DNA of 6,498 nucleotides from a virus. Lineage: Duplodnaviria; Heunggongvirae; Uroviricota; Caudoviricetes. Under the pieces are notes generated by a model, which worked only from the letters and a program-made list of their open reading frames with translations, was not told the DNA's origin and did not search any database. The stretch is from IMG/VR virus record IMGVR_UViG_2585427736_000018, positions 1 through 6,498 of that record. One strand, written 5' to 3'. The stretch's first letter is position 1. Each line of letters opens with the position of its first letter. Both the position numbers and the translations under genes were made by a program. This document shows, in pieces, positions 6,136 to 6,498 of this stretch.

Positions 6136-6498
6136 TTAACGACCTGCTGCGCGGAGTTTTCCGTCAGGTTCACCGGCAAGAGTCAGTAACTGTCCCTGGT
6201 CTTCCTGCAGAATAGTCAGGCGACCACCGCGATTGACATACATCGGTGTTTCGGTGGTGTCTTCTTCGGAAATATTCCCGCGGTTAGTCGGGCGATCATA
6301 TGAGAGTTTGTGTTTGATTTTCACACGGTTCTCATCAAATGGTTCGATTTCCAGGTTGAGTGAGACCTTACCTTTGGTTTTCGTGTTCATCACACCGGAA
6401 GCGACTTCACTGAGAACTGCGCCGATTTTGGTTTCAAATACGCCGCCGTCCAGCTCCCCGATAAATGCCTGCACATCAGTACTGCGTTCGCTAGCCAT
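6136..6498 (-). CDS. hypothetical phage protein in the yfdP position; start codon coincides with the window edge
   Basis: ATG at 6498-6496 is the last three bases of the window, so the RBS cannot be seen and the ORF could extend further. Stop TAA at 6138-6136. The 120-aa product and its position upstream of yfdQ are consistent with a YfdP-like gene (synteny only). Confidence 0.45.
   Translation of the reverse strand: MASERSTDVQAFIGELDGGVFETKIGAVLSEVASGVMNTKTKGKVSLNLEIEPFDENRVKIKHKLSYDRPTNRGNISEEDTTETPMYVNRGGRLTILQEDQGQLLTLAGEPDGKLRAAGR

Noticed and set aside
1-6498. Search for tRNA, CRISPR repeats, IS inverted repeats or att-site direct repeats
   Set aside because: No cloverleaf-like candidates, no regularly spaced direct repeats and no terminal inverted repeats with transposase were seen; the only strong palindromes are the two hairpins reported.

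Overview
This 6.5 kb window reads as the early-left (recombination/accessory) arm of a lambdoid prophage of the E. coli CPS-53/KpLE1 type, judged from recalled protein families and synteny, not from a database search. Ten tightly packed, largely translationally coupled genes run on the minus strand from the right edge to base 1077: a YfdP-position protein, YfdQ-like DUF2303, YfdR-like HD-domain 5'-deoxynucleotidase, two coiled-coil/Ea22-like proteins, a 62-aa protein, a PD-(D/E)xK nuclease-like protein, a DUF551-like protein, a DEDDh 3'-5' exonuclease and a PrtN-family DNA-binding protein. Converging on this operon from the left is a visibly AT-rich two-gene plus-strand cassette (1..1043): a Panacea/DUF4065-domain putative antitoxin followed 5 nt later by a 153-aa protein with no motif I recognise. 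The two transcription units are separated by a perfect 16-bp inverted repeat that looks like a bidirectional terminator. The cassette is the best candidate for an undescribed toxin-antitoxin or abortive-infection module carried as a prophage moron. No tRNA, rRNA, CRISPR array, IS element or attachment site was seen.
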